NCBI RefSeq assembly: GCF_001194135.2
Contig: NC_068994.1
Span: 41,106,814-41,170,813 of the forward strand
From: Octopus bimaculoides
Lineage: Eukaryota
Length of the DNA: 64,000 bases
Direction of reading: 5' to 3'
In this document: positions 1 to 13,603 of the stretch, piece after piece
How positions within the stretch are numbered: the stretch's first letter is position 1
Layout: every line of letters begins with the position of its first letter
Position numbers and translations under genes: made by a program
Notes under the pieces: generated by a model
Told to the model about the DNA's origin: nothing
Databases searched by the model: none
What the model saw: only the letters and a program-made list of their open reading frames with translations

Positions 1-430
1 TCAACTGAAGTGGCCACCACAAAGATGTTATGGATATACAAGAACAGAATGGACAGTTTAGGAAATTCATGATAGTTAGATTTTTACACTGAAGCTAAAC
101 AATATATACCACCATAGAGACAAGTGCAGAGTGTCGATTCTAGATTTATGCAATATACCACAATATGACAAAGTACACAGTGATATCCAGTGTGTTGTTC
201 TACAAGTCATACCCAGGTATCTGATAAGCCACTTATATGCTACTATGCTGCTCAACCAGGGCTAACCAAGAGCTACAAAAAATGAATACAGCTCTACCTA
301 TACAAACATGTAAAGAACACAATCTATATACAAAATTGACATTAGCAAGATTTGAACTCAGAGTATGAAGGGCCATGACTAAATATTTCCATACATTTTG
401 TCTGACACTCTAAATATAAGAAAGAGATTA

Positions 431-642
431 AGGCAGTGACCTGGTAGAAATGTTAGCACGGCAGGCAAAATGCTTAGTGGCATTTCATCCATCTTAACAT
501 TCTGTGTTTGAATTCTGCTGAGGTTGACTTTGCTTTTCATTCCTTTGGGGTTAATAAAATAAATACCAGTTGAGTATTGTGGTCAATGTAATCGACTTAC
601 ATTTCCCCTGAAGTCCCCTGTGCCAAGATTTGAAACCAATAT
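431..642 (+). mobile_element. tRNA-derived SINE, family C, diverged copy
   Basis: Head GGCAGTGACCTGGTAGAAATGTTAGCA and body TTCTGTGTTTGAATTCTGCTGAGGTTGACTTTGCTTTTCATTCC align by eye with the copy at 32428-32636. Confidence 0.8.
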
Positions 643-924
643 AAGAAGGATTAAAATAACCTTAAATGCATTCTGAAGGGAATCAAACAATAAGGAGAGA
701 TTATTATAATTAATGATTCAGAATATGGTAAGATATATAATAAATTTTCCTTTTAAAATGATGTTGAACAAAATGTCTCATTTTGTGCAGAACTTAATAA
801 AAGAATGGAAATGATAGAGAGGTTAACATTTCTTATGTGTTCATCATGTTATGAGATATTAAAGCAATCAGAGGTAGTCATTGATGTATCACACAAGAAA
901 AGAAAATACTGAAATTGTTCTGAT

Positions 925-1020
925 GTTGTTGTTTAGATCTAATCTAGCTGATCTTTCATTAAAGATGTTTCAGCCATGATAGCCCTATCTTTTATTCAGA
1001 TATGGCATATGTAGGACATG
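925..1020 (-). mobile_element. Fragment of dispersed repeat family D (probable retroposon 3' end)
   Basis: GTTGTTTAGATC...TTTCAGCCATGATAGCCC resembles the copies at 27197 and 51598. Confidence 0.45.
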
Positions 1021-1414
1021 AGTAGATAAAAGTCATACAAATAAAACAGAATTATAAAGCGAGGAGGAAACAAACTAACAAATAAGACATGGTGTCAAGG
1101 AAGCAAAAATATGACTGTAATCTATATTTTCTATCACAGAAACCATAATGACATCCATGGGGCAGCTGATGATGGAGTTATGTTGGATTTTTGGTATGGC
1201 TGTTTTTGTATATGTGGAATAGTGTTATAACACATCCTTTTGATATATATATATATACATATTAATCAAAGTGTACTGTATTATATATCCATCACATCTA
1301 ATTTTACCAAACAGTTTCATACTGGGTATTAACCAGTTGTTAGATAACAATACAGTTACATAATATCAAATGCTTATCAAAGGTGGAAGGTATGGAAAAA
1401 AGTATATGGTATAT

Positions 1415-1504
1415 GAGTTCCAGATTATCTTTGCAATTTTGGCTGGTTATACTCAAGATTGCTCCAATCTGGCCAGCCAAAATTGCAAAGATAATCTGGA
1501 ACTC
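1415..1504. repeat. Perfect 32-bp inverted repeat with 26-nt loop
   Basis: GAGTTCCAGATTATCTTTGCAATTTTGGCTGG (1415-1446) is the exact reverse complement of 1473-1504. Confidence 0.97.
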
Positions 1505-1630
1505 GACTGAGGAAAGAAAACTCTGAATGGCTCATCCTTGTTTCCTTTGTATTGTCTATCTGGATGTTTTGTTGCCCCTTTCTTGTATCACCTGTCTGGA
1601 TATTTTGCGTTCTTGTCCCATTTTGTATTT
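1473..1630 (+). mobile_element. TA-microsatellite-adjacent repeat terminus, possible Penelope-like terminal repeat
   Basis: Relatively GC-rich segment ending in a TA tract, with an inverted duplication of its start and a CTGAGGA...GAA hammerhead-like motif. Family assignment is inference. Confidence 0.35.
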
Positions 1631-2261
1631 ATATGTATATATATATATCTATATCTATATATCTATATATATATATTTATCTATATATAATATGGATAGA
1701 TAAATAAATGGAGTTAAATGCAGATGTTATTCAAAGAATTTGAATAACACCTGAGCTTAACACTATTTATTTATTAATCTATATAATACAAAACATTTCA
1801 CTTAAACCTGGAATTTCTACCTTTATAAATAGGGTGTTACATCCTTGTTACTTGTGTGATTTTTGCTGCCCTGGTAACTGCTTATTTATTTTTTCAGTGT
1901 TAATTGTAAACACTGGCAAAAACACACATACATTTATATATAGTATATATACATACATAATATATATATATACATATTTATATATATATATATATATATA
2001 TNNNNNNNNNNNNNNNNNNNNNNNNNNNNNNNNNNNNNNNNNNNNNNNNNNNNNNNNNNNNNNNNNNNNNNNNNNNNNNNNNNNNNNNNNNNNNNNNNNN
2101 NNNNNNNNNNNNNNNNNNNNNNNNNNNNNNNNNNNNNNNNNNNNNNNNNNNNNNNNNNNNNNNNNNNNNNNNNNNNNNNNNNNNNNNNNNNNNNNNNNNN
2201 NNNNNNNNNNNNNNNNNNNNNNNNNNNNNNNNNNNNNNNNNNNNNNNNNNNNNNNNNNNNN

Positions 2262-2305
<44 letters not shown>

Positions 2306-2377
2306 TATGCACACACACACACAAATACACACACACACACACATATATATACACACATATATGTAATTGTAATTCCT

Positions 2378-3095
2378 AGAATAAGAATAGGATGGGAAAA
2401 GTTCAAAGTTTTTGCCCTGTTGGCAACCTGGTCTCTCTCTCTCAGAATGAAAGGAAGATTGTATGATGCATGTATAGGTGCTGCGATGCTGCATCGTAGT
2501 GGGATATGGATTCTGATTGCAGAAGACATGCAAAGGCTAGAGGGGGATGAAGCTGTAATCTTCTGTTATATGTGCAATGTCAGTGTGCATGTGTGACACA
2601 GCATTGTTGTACCAAGAGATAAGTTGGGCATGAGGTGGAAGTATGTGTAATGTGCAAGAGAGGAGACTGCACTGGTATGGCTATCTGATATGGATGGTTG
2701 AAGAGAGTTGCATGAAGAAGTGCTGATCACTTAAAGTGTAGGGACGCTGAGGAAGAGGAGACACAAGAAGACTTGGGATGAAGTATTGAAGGCAAATTTC
2801 AAAATGCTGACCTTACAAAAGAGGTGAGAGAGGACCAAGATTGCTGCACAAGAGAAGAACTGTGATCCAAAAACCAAGGTGCCACATAAAAAGTATTGGT
2901 GTTGGTACTGGCACCCTGTAAAATGCACCCAGTGCACTCTGTAAAATAGTTGGTGTTAGGAAGGGCATCCAGCCATAGAAACCAGGCCAAACAGACTAGA
3001 GAACCCGGTGTGAACCCTGGTCTTGTCAGTTCCTGTCAAGTCATCCAACTCATGCCAGCATGGAAAACAGAAGTTCAATGTTAATGATGATGATG
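2378..3095 (+). mobile_element. RTE-clade LINE, degenerate 5'-truncated copy (RT C-terminus plus 3' UTR)
   Basis: Translates to RIRIGWEKF...SLRMKGRLYDACIGAAMLHRSGIW...EDMQRLEG...MCNVSVH, followed with frameshifts by RRLHWYG- and KTWDEV-like motifs typical of the RTE ORF end. Ends CCCATGCCAGCATGGAAAAC...GTT and an (ATG)n tail. Confidence 0.9.
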
Positions 3096-3149
3096 TTATA
3101 TATGTTTATATATGTGTGGGCATGTCTGCGTGTGTGTGCATATGTATGT

Positions 3150-3500
3150 CTCACTCCATCGGTTGCAACGACGAGGGTTCCAATTGATCCGATCAACAAA
3201 ACAGCCTGCTCATGCAAGTGGCTGAGCACTCCACAGACACGTGTACCCCTAATGCAGTTCTCAGGGAGATTCAGCATGACACAGTGTGTGACAAGGCTGG
3301 TCCTTTGAAATACAGGTCCAACAGAAATCGGAAGAAAGAGTAGGAGAAAGTTGTGGTGAAAGACTACAACAGGGTTTGCCACCACCCTCTGCCAGAGCCT
3401 CATGGAACTTTAGGTGTTTTTGCTCAATAAAAGTTCACTCAAAACTGTGATCTTACGAACTCGATTCCACTGTCCTAACCACTGGGCCATTGAGCCTCCA
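3150..3500 (-). mobile_element. tRNA-derived SINE, family B (non-CORE body variant)
   Basis: Reverse complement aligns over about 350 bp with 57502-57882; head GTGGAGGCTCAATGGCCCAGTGGTTAGG. Confidence 0.9.
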
Positions 3501-3517
3501 CATCTATGTATGTATGA

Positions 3518-3591
<74 letters not shown>

Positions 3592-3720
3592 NNNNNNNNN
3601 NNNNNNNNNNNNNNNNNNNNNNNNNNNNNNNNNNNNNNNNNNNNNNNNNNNNNNNNNNNNNNNNNNNNNNNNNNNNNNNNNNNNNNNNNNNNNNNNNNNN
3701 NNNNNNNNNNNNNNNNNNNN

Positions 3721-3758
<38 letters not shown>

Positions 3759-5685
3759 TCTTTTACTCTTTTACTTGCTTATTTTGTACCTGGCACTATT
3801 TTTTCTGAATATGCACTGCTGAAATTGAACACTTCTAACATGCCGATCGGAAGTGTGTATTTCAGGTGGGCTTGGTGTGTGCTGCACACCCATCGAAAAT
3901 AGCAAATACATTATAAATATTTACCTTGCTCATTAATTTAATCACAAATCTTAATGGAAAACTTTTGTTATACCCCTGCTTGAAATTTGGTGGCACTGGG
4001 TGTGACAGCACACCTAATATGACAACCACTGCATGCCACTGATACCCATGTGTGTTTTATGCCATTAAATAGAATAATGAACTGGTATGAGCAACTAAAA
4101 CCCTTGGAAACAGTGCTTTAGTACGGCTTCCATCTAATAACCAAATCCAGTGAAAGAATTTTAGCTGTGAATAATGAGAGAAAACTCTGAAGCAGGTGTG
4201 AACATGTTCATTTTGAAAATAATATCGAAATTAAATTTCTACAAATGACAGATCACATAAGATGTTCTCCATTTTCACAATTCCTAATACAAACTAATAT
4301 CCAATGATGTAAAACCCTGCTAAAGAGAATTGTAGCATAAGCCAGAGTAATTTTAACAAATAATAAACATTAGCTACAATAACATTTACAATAACAACTT
4401 TAATGATTTACTGGCAAAGTCTTGAAATTACTCAGGGTGAAAATTTTTTTTCTTTTTGCTTTTTACTTGAACTTTTCCTGATGTATTACTTTTTCACATT
4501 CTTTTTCTTTTTTTGCTTTTTTTATTTTTTGATATTTTGTGGATTTATATATATATATATTTGCTATCTTTAATTCTGAACAATATGTCGGATTAATATC
4601 TCACATGTTGTGACATTTAAACATGTTAGATATAGGTAAACAAACTCTCGTTAATGGGAGTTAGAATACTTAATGATAATGGTAAAACAAACTGTCCATG
4701 TTTGTGCATGTTTATATATATTTGTGTGTTTGTGTGTGTGTACATATATGTATGCGTGTATGTATATATGCATACATACCTACAAGCATACATACACACA
4801 CACACACACATATATTTGTAATGTTGGCACTTGGTAGCATTTATATTTGATCATTAGGACGCTTTATATAAATGTGTGTGTGTGTGAGTGTGAGTGTATT
4901 GACAATGAAACATTTTTTTACTCTGTTTGAGAAAATAATATCCATCCATTTTGACAAACATTTCTCTATTGTTCTCTCTGAATCATAAATGCTGTTTATT
5001 CTGCTTTTATGAGAATGTTTGATAATATAGGTGGAACATATTAGCTGCTGTAATAAAATAATCATTGACTATGAGAAATATCTGAGATTAAAATAAACAA
5101 TAAGAAATAAAGAAAAAATGATGATATTAAGCTGAGTCTATAGCTATAAAAATGAAAGATATTGCTGATCATAATAGAGATAGGAAATTGATATTTGTTC
5201 AGTAGCCATCACTGATAATCATACAATTATTACATACCCTAACATCCACCATTAATTTCATCTCATTCTTTTAATCTAGCCATATTGATAGGCTCCAGAA
5301 AATTTAATTTATATTTGCTAATTAAATTAATGAAAAGAAAAGAAAGGATCTTTTTTTTTTATGCTTTTATTCTTTCCAATTGCAAGCTTGTGTAAGGAAT
5401 AATTATAGAAAATTCATTTCCAAACAGAAAAGTAAGTAACTTTATTAAATTGTGTATCAAGCTGAGATTAATGCATGACAAAAGAAAACAAAAAATTATA
5501 TTTAATAATTGAAGGAAAATCTGCTAATGAGTAGGTCAGAATTTCTACCTTTTTCTTAACTCTTTTCTCAAGTGGTACTTTTACCAGAATTGGATAAAAA
5601 TGAATAAAAAAATAAATAAACAAGTTATGTAGTCTAAATTACTTTTCCTGAAAAATATTAACTGTTTTTTTTTTTTCTTTACATA

Positions 5686-6058
5686 TTTGTTTCAGTCATT
5701 GAACTGTTGCCTTTCTGGGATACCACCTTGACATGTTTTAAGCCAATGAAATAAGCCCGAGTATTTAACTTTAAGTCAGTTACTTATTCTACCAAAATGC
5801 TAAGTTACTGAGATGTAAACAAACCAACACTGGCTGTTAAGTGGTGAGATATAAATACAAACATACTCAGGCACACACAGACACACACACACACACATAT
5901 ATATGAAAGACTTCTACACCATTTCTGTCAACCAAATTCACTAACTGCATTGTTTGTTAGGAACTATAGCAGAAGACCCTGGCTCAACATGCCCCTCAGT
6001 TGGGGTTGAATCTGAAACCATTTAATTGTAAAGTAAACAACTTAACTACATAGCCTAT
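5686..6058 (-). mobile_element. tRNA/CORE-like SINE, family A, old copy
   Basis: Reverse-complement tail TTTGTTTCAGTCATT, internal (CA)n, and head remnants homologous to 41642-42018. Confidence 0.75.
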
Positions 6059-6121
6059 ATAGAGATACACATACACACAAACACATGCATATATTTACAT
6101 ACATATATGTGTGTTTGTTTG

Positions 6122-6166
<45 letters not shown>

Positions 6167-6809
6167 ATATGTATAAATATATATATATATAAACACATAT
6201 AAGTGTATATATATATCTATGGATGTGAGTAAATGTATATTTTGTTTTTTCAAATCACGTTCCATAGACTGAAAATCTTGAAGTGGATGTATACATGTGT
6301 GTATTTGTATGAATGTGTGTGTGTGTGTGTTTAAAATAAAGCAGAAATAATGGAAGAAAGTAGATATTGAAAAGACAGACACAACACAAAAAAATAAATA
6401 AATGTCCACTGAAGCAATAACTATTACAGTAAAATAAATAAAAAGAAATGTTTTTAATGGAACAAAAAATGGATAAGAAACTGAACAAATGAAAAAAAAC
6501 CAATGGCTAAAGAATATTAGAATGCTGACATTTCTGTGGAGAATAATTAAACAGTAGAAACAGAAAGATATGGAAACAGACAAAAATTGTAGATAAAATA
6601 ACAAAAATGGAGAAATGTGTGAGACAGTTGGTATTATTTTCAAATAAAATATTTCAACCTAAATTCTCTCCTGAGGGTTTCTAATATTTTTTTACTATCA
6701 CCATTCGCCTGAGTAGAGCTCAGTTTTGAAAGAAATGTCAGCTGTATTGATATGTGAAAGCTGATAGAATGTTGGATGTGGATAACTAGGAGCTGAAAGA
6801 TAAGAATTG

Positions 6810-7330
6810 TATATGGAAATCATACAGGAAACAGAGAGAGAGAGAGAGAGAGAGAAGTGAGATGGCAATAAAAAGGTAGATGAAGGGTAAGAGTAACTGA
6901 GAAGGTAAAGGAAAAAAAATGAAGAAGGTTAACTGAGAAATGAGAGGAAAAGAAGAGAAGAAAGATATTGAAGTGTGAAAGTGAAAGTAAAAGTGAGGAA
7001 AAAATGAGAAAGACAGCATGAGCAAGAGTGAATGGAAAAGAGAAAAAGTTGGGAGAGAGAGAGAGAGAGTGTAAGGCTGAATATAGAGAAAGGGACAAAT
7101 GAAAACAGGTAATGAGAGAGGTAAAGGAGAGAATATTTTGAAAAAGAAAAAAAGTAAATTTAGACAAAAGAAAGCAAAAATAAAAGTCAGTGAACATGAG
7201 AGAGCATGAGAAAAAGAGAGAGAGAGGGGGGGGAAGAGCAGAAGGAAGAAGGATAGAAAAAGTGTATAGGTGTACAGGAGGTGGGTAGAGAACAGACGAA
7301 AGAAATGGAAATAGAAAGTAACATATAGAA
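6810..7330. repeat. GA-rich low-complexity purine tract
   Basis: Strongly A/G-biased plus strand with (GA)n runs; explains the Phe/Leu/Ser-rich minus-strand ORFs. Confidence 0.9.
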
Positions 7331-8157
7331 ATGTTATGTTGAGAGATGGGATTGAGAAAAGCTAAAATGGCTGCTGTGTGTAGATTTTGCAATGTTCAGA
7401 ACAAACAAGAGTCTATATACTGGCAGCTTGTTCATGAATTGGACATCATTTTGTTCATTTCCCTTCCAAAATATCTTCAATATGCGACAACATTTTCAGA
7501 GGAACAGTTTTCAATAGAACTATTAAAGACTGGAGAATGTAATGGGGCCTGATAAACATTTTTTCCAATTATTCTATTTGCTTATGAATCATGAGGTGCC
7601 AAAAGAAATTTTGTTCTATGCAATTCACTCTTCATAGAAACGAGTGAACATTTTCCAAGCCAAAGAGTGAATCCTTACTTGGTAAATATTTTTGCTTCAA
7701 TCAATAAGCAAAGATTACTTTCCATTCTTCCATTGATGGAATCTAACCACTGAAGCAGATAGTGCCAGAAAGATTTACCAAAACTAAAATTCATTATAAG
7801 AAAGGAAAATCAAAAAGAAAAAAAAATATTACACAAGCAGAAACAATTTTCAATTCTATGAAAATTAATTTTGAAAAATTGGATTTATATGCAATTAAGT
7901 CATAGACAATATCTTTCCTATAAGAAATATAAATGAAAATATTTCTTGTCTCACCTTCAAACTCTCATTCAGGTTCCATCCCTCCTATTAATTTCTCTTC
8001 CTATGTTTAATTTTCTGTCTCCCCTTATCTTTCTTAATATCTTTCTTAGCCTCTATTTAATTATATGTATTTTTATTTCCTACCTTCATCTATGTGTCTG
8101 CTTGTTTTTTTCTCAGTTTATCTACTGAACTCCTGCCCTCACAAATCTTTAGTTTTC

Positions 8158-8201
<44 letters not shown>

Positions 8202-8360
8202 ACTATCTACATACATNNNNNNNNNNNNNNNNNNNNNNNNNNNNNNNNNNNNNNNNNNNNNNNNNNNNNNNNNNNNNNNNNNNNNNNNNNNNNNNNNNNN
8301 NNNNNNNNNNNNNNNNNNNNNNNNNNNNNNNNNNNNNNNNNNNNNNNNNNNNTAGTTTTC

Positions 8361-8404
<44 letters not shown>

Positions 8405-8456
8405 ACTATCTACATACATATATGTTTGCAAATGTTTAGAAACACAAACACCTACA

Positions 8457-8500
<44 letters not shown>

Positions 8501-8534
8501 GGTGTGTATGAGTGTACATGTATGTAAATTGTAT

Positions 8535-8580
8535 AACCCATGCCAGCATGGAAAATAGACGTTAAATGTTGATGATGATA
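8535..8580 (+). mobile_element. RTE LINE extreme 3' end
   Basis: ACCCATGCCAGCATGGAAAATAGACGTTAAATGTTGATGATGAT matches the 3' end at 3045-3095. Confidence 0.75.
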
Positions 8581-9519
8581 TATGTGTGTGTGTGTGTGTA
8601 GTCACTTCTTTCCTTTTCTCTTGCATTAAAAGAGATATCAAAAATTTTTGGTGCATTTTTGTTTGTTTGCTTCCCCCCCCCCCCATGAAAACAAAAACAG
8701 AAATGAATCAAGAATATCCAATAAGAAAAACTAACAAACATTTCCCCAACACCAGAAGCAATAAATCTTTGCAAATATTTTAAAGTAATTGCTTTTCTCC
8801 AGTGGAAAAAAAAAAGTAAAAAAACAATAAAAAAAAATAATGAAATAAATTAAATGAAATAAATAAAGATATAAAAAAACTAAATGACAACAACAACAAC
8901 TACAGCATCAGCTAGAATAACAACCAGAATCCCTACTACCTCTCGACTCGAAACACAAACATAACATACACCCTCTCTGTCCTCTCTTTCTCAATCTATT
9001 TTTCTATTTATCTAGCTATCTATCTTTCTATGTCTGTATCTTTCTCTCTCTCTCATTTTCTGCATCTCTCACACTTTCTGCACCTCTCACACTTTCTCTC
9101 TTTCTCTCTCTGTCTTTTACCTTTACTCTCACATACATACAAACATATGCAGCCAATCCGGGCTGATCAATGGTTATTTGAAAACTAAACACCATAGGAA
9201 CTAAATTGGAGTTCAAGTTTTAATGACTTAAAAGAAGGCTTTTGTCTTTGGCAAGTAAACCTTACAATCTCGTCTAATTAGCCATCAATTGCAAACTACT
9301 TTTGTGTACCCAATCTAGTTGCAAGCAATCACTTTATCTACTGATCTTATCAGTATGTAATTTGCAAACGTTTTCTCCTTTTCTTTCTTTCTGTTTTTAT
9401 ACTTTTCATTTCCATCTTTTATTTTTCTACCTCATCACTCATCATCTCCTCAGCAAACTGTTCAACTGAATTCCTGTGTGAACTCATGCCTCACTTTCGC
9501 AATTCAACTTTATCATCTT

Positions 9520-10200
9520 CATCTCCCTCATTATTGCAATTACCATCGCCGTTTGCTGTCACTGCCACCTTCTTCACCGCTGCTGGTCTTGTTGTTTGTC
9601 ATCGATATTTACCATTGTGATTATTGTCATCATCAATGTTGTTGTAATCTTGCTTATCATAATCGTCAGTGATATTATTGCGATAATCTTTCTTGTTATT
9701 GTAATCGGGATCAGCATCAAAAATTGTCATCGCTTTTGTCATCATCAATACCATCAGCATCATCATCATCATCGTTGTTGCCACCACCAGCACCACTGCT
9801 AGCTCTAGCACCAGCACCAGCACCAGCACCAGCACAACCCCATAACTACCACCACCAGCATCAACATCATCATCATCCCTATCATCACCATCCTCATCAT
9901 TACCTTCCTCATGCTCACTGTCATCCTTATCATCATCATCATCATCATCACCATCATCGTCATCATCATCAACATCATCGTCATCATCACCATCATCACC
10001 ATCACCATCATCGTCATCATCAACATCATCGTTATCATCATCAACATCATCATCATCGTCGTCATCATCATCATCGTCGTCGTCATTATCATTTACTACA
10101 TCCTACTACACAGTTTTTTTCTTACTTTCAAATTTCTGTGACTGTTATTGCTGCTGCTGTTGTTCCCTCTTCTCCTCCTTCCCCTCCTTCCTCCTCCTTC
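9520..10200. repeat. Compound trinucleotide/hexanucleotide array: (CAT)n, (CAC)n, (CCAGCA)n, (CCT)n
   Basis: Directly visible; produces the His/Ile/Met-rich pseudo-ORFs. Confidence 0.95.
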
Positions 10201-10520
10201 TTTTTCTACTCCCACATCTTCCTCTGCCTCTCCACCCACCAAAATTATGTAATAGATTATCCACTCAAATGCATTGCTCTTCAGTTGCCTTTCTTCCCTA
10301 CATCACCTTTTACAAACCTCTTGATAGCAATTAACAGAAATCAAAAACCAGGAAAACAAAAAAAAAGGAATCTCTATATAGAATTTTCAATTGGCCATTC
10401 TGGATAAGCATTCTTAAACAATATACACATGTGTTTGTGTGTGTACACACACATACATATATGTGTATACATTATATATATATATATATATACACATGCA
10501 TATACATACATACATATATA

Positions 10521-10573
<53 letters not shown>

Positions 10574-11047
10574 GCATACATATATATATATTTATATATA
10601 TGTATACACTTACACACACACACACACACGTGTGTGTATATACATATATGACAGGAGAGAAATTCTGCCTCACAAATTCTGTTTGGCCCATTCTAGCATG
10701 TAAAAGTGAACATTAAAATGATGATGATGATGATAGTTAAATGAGAATTATATTAACAAACAATAACATAAGACACAGAGTTTCCTGTGTAATTGTTAGA
10801 TCAATACCTCAATGCAAGTCAGATGTTCAAGTTAAGGATTCAGGTGGGCCACAACTTTGTTCAACTTAAATCCATAGCTTGCACATCTGAAACTTCAAGT
10901 CATATATTAATTGCCTGTTAGTATGATCATCAGAAAACTATATTGTAAATCTTTTCTATTTTCATATCGCTGAGTGTTCTTTCATTTTTACAATGAATCA
11001 CAGTCAATTATATATATATATATATATATATATAAGTGAAAGAAGCT

Positions 11048-11091
<44 letters not shown>

Positions 11092-11111
11092 GTATGTATA
11101 TATATATATGC

Positions 11112-11245
11112 AATGAGCTTCTTTCACTTTCTTTCCATTTACTAAATCCACTGACAATGCTAAAGACATTTGCCCAAAGTATCATGCAGTGGATCTGAAC
11201 CCAGAACCATGAGGTTGGGATGCAAGCTATTCACCACACGGCTAC
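11112..11245 (-). mobile_element. SINE family A, 5' part
   Basis: AAATCCACT...TTTGCCCAAAGTATCATGCAGTGGATCTGAACCCAGAACCATG matches the reverse-complement head of family A. Confidence 0.75.
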
Positions 11246-12093
11246 AATGTCACCTATACATACACACACATGTGTGTGAGTGTGGAGAGAGAGAGAGTGA
11301 AGGAGAAAGGGAGAGAAAGCGGGAGAGAAAGAGAATGTATAGCAATGAGAAACAGGTTTCTTTTCCAAACATATTATATATCTAAAACTCTGCTATGTTC
11401 ATGTTTCAACATTTAGTTATTAATCACTTTTTCATATTTCCTTATTGTTCTTTAATTATGATCTAGAACAATCATGTTCCTAAATGCTTAGATCTGATAT
11501 TTTATAATATCCATAATCTAATTCTGAAATTAAACCATTGTCATGATGTATGGTTCAAATACTCTATAGTAAGTCACAAAGGGTCGTGGGAGTAATTACA
11601 TAACAGATGAAAATTCTCAATGCTGAACTTAATATTATATAATGTTAAATCCTGATAGCTTGCATAATATTTTGACATATATATATATATTATGTTTGGT
11701 TTATGTATGTGTGTAATTTATATGAATATTTTTAGGTAGAAATGCAGGGTTACTGTGACTTCTTTGTGAGTAATAGCTTGTCCAATGGACTGATGCCAGA
11801 AAACCTTAAAATCACAATCACCCTGTATGTTGTTATTGAGTAATATACTTAGACCCTGTCCCTGTATTGATCCTGTGCTTAGAGTGTGTTACCTGTTATT
11901 TCTAATGTAATTTTAAGAATAATGACATCAAATACATACATATGTACATACAAATATGCATACACACACATATATAAGTATATATNNNNNNNNNNNNNNN
12001 NNNNNNNNNNNNNNNNNNNNNNNNNNNNNNNNNNNNNNNNNNNNNNNNNNNNNNNNNNNNNNNNNNNNNNNNNNNNNNNNNNNNNNNNNNNNN

Positions 12094-12126
<33 letters not shown>

Positions 12127-13526
12127 GTATGTATACACACATTTATAAATATAATGTACATATTTGTGTTTAATTTGATTATATCACTCTAACTCTACAG
12201 TAATAGCCTCATATTAATATTCACAATAGCACATATTCGTATTCCTCTCATCTCTCATATCTGTGAGTGTGTGTCTGTCTGTGTGTCTATGCATCTGTAT
12301 GTAATTGTGTGTGTTTGTTTGTATGTATGTGTATGTTTCCATATACACACACACACATGTGCCTGCACACCTATAAACATATACAAATATTCTGATAATG
12401 AGAGAGATACCTACAATCATTCTCCAACAATCCCACACCTGATCTTCACCACTCTGCTCAACATCAGCACGCATCACATTATATCAAGCCGTTTTAATTG
12501 AAAGAATGGACATCTCTCTGATGAAGTCATTCTGTGGTTAATTCCAATGTAGCGTCCAAACATCAGAAGCAGCTTGCATTGCTAAGCTAAGCTGGAGAAG
12601 ATGAAACAATTTTTAGTAAGATTAATGACACAGAAACAGTTCTACTTATTATGCTTGTTTCATGATGTGTAGGTAGCGAGGTTTAACAGCATTAATGATA
12701 TTTTAATATTTTATACCAATCACATAGCTTCAAAAGGATCAGTTGTGACTGTCAGAAAACAGAAACAATTGCAAAATGGCTGCAGTCTGATCTGATGATC
12801 GGTGAGTCTTTTTCATCAGCCTTCATCATATTTTATCTCTTTTAAGCCTAAAATAAATTCTGTTTCAACTTATTTTCTTTTGAACGTGTGGGTATATGAT
12901 TAGTAGTTTAAAGCAGAAAAATCAGAATATATATACATATATATANNNNNNNNNNNNNNNNNNNNNNNNNNNNNNNNNNNNNNNNNNNNNNNNNNNNNNN
13001 NNNNNNNNNNNNNNNNNNNNNNNNNNNNNNNNNNNNNNNNNNNNNNNNNNNNNNNNNNNNNNNNNNNNNNNNNNNNNNNNNNNNNNNNNNNNNNNNNNNN
13101 NNNNNNNNNNNNNNNNNNNNNNNNNNNNNNNNNNNNNNNNNNNNNNNNNNNNNNNNNNNNNNNNNNNNNNNNNNNNNNNNNNNNNNNNNNTATATATATA
13201 TGCATATATATATATAATATATAACATCTGTGTGTCTATGTATACTAAAGATTATTTTGGTAGGGATAGCTGGTTGTGAATATATATTAGACAATAATAC
13301 CACCTATGGCAGCAGCTTACCAATCTCAAGTTGTGAATCCACATAATGGACTCAGCAGGTTTTCTTGCTTAGAGTGACCTTCTTATTTGCAATATTGACC
13401 ACAACAAATGTTCCATTAGAGAAGTTTATGATGAAGTCTATAAAATATTAAGCCTCCCAGACTTATGTGTGTGTGTATGTGTATCTGTGTGTGCATCTAT
13501 GTATATTTATATGTATATATATACCT

Positions 13527-13603
<77 letters not shown>

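Noticed and set aside
7638-7681. Possible 44-nt exon (TSEHFPSQRVNPYL) with AG/GT boundaries
   Set aside because: Short, donor only moderate, expected by chance in 64 kb.
8148-8420. Apparent direct duplication on both sides of the 8217-8351 gap
   Set aside because: The same TAGTTTTCATT(ATCT)n AACTATCTACATACAT flank appears with different repeat length; most likely unmerged allelic contig ends.
9596-10407. His-rich 227-aa ORF and overlapping ORFs
   Set aside because: Entirely explained by CAT/CAC triplet arrays; no splice or domain evidence.
11736-11765. Possible 30-nt micro-exon VEMQGYCDFF ending at GTGAGT
   Set aside because: Too short to support without transcript data.
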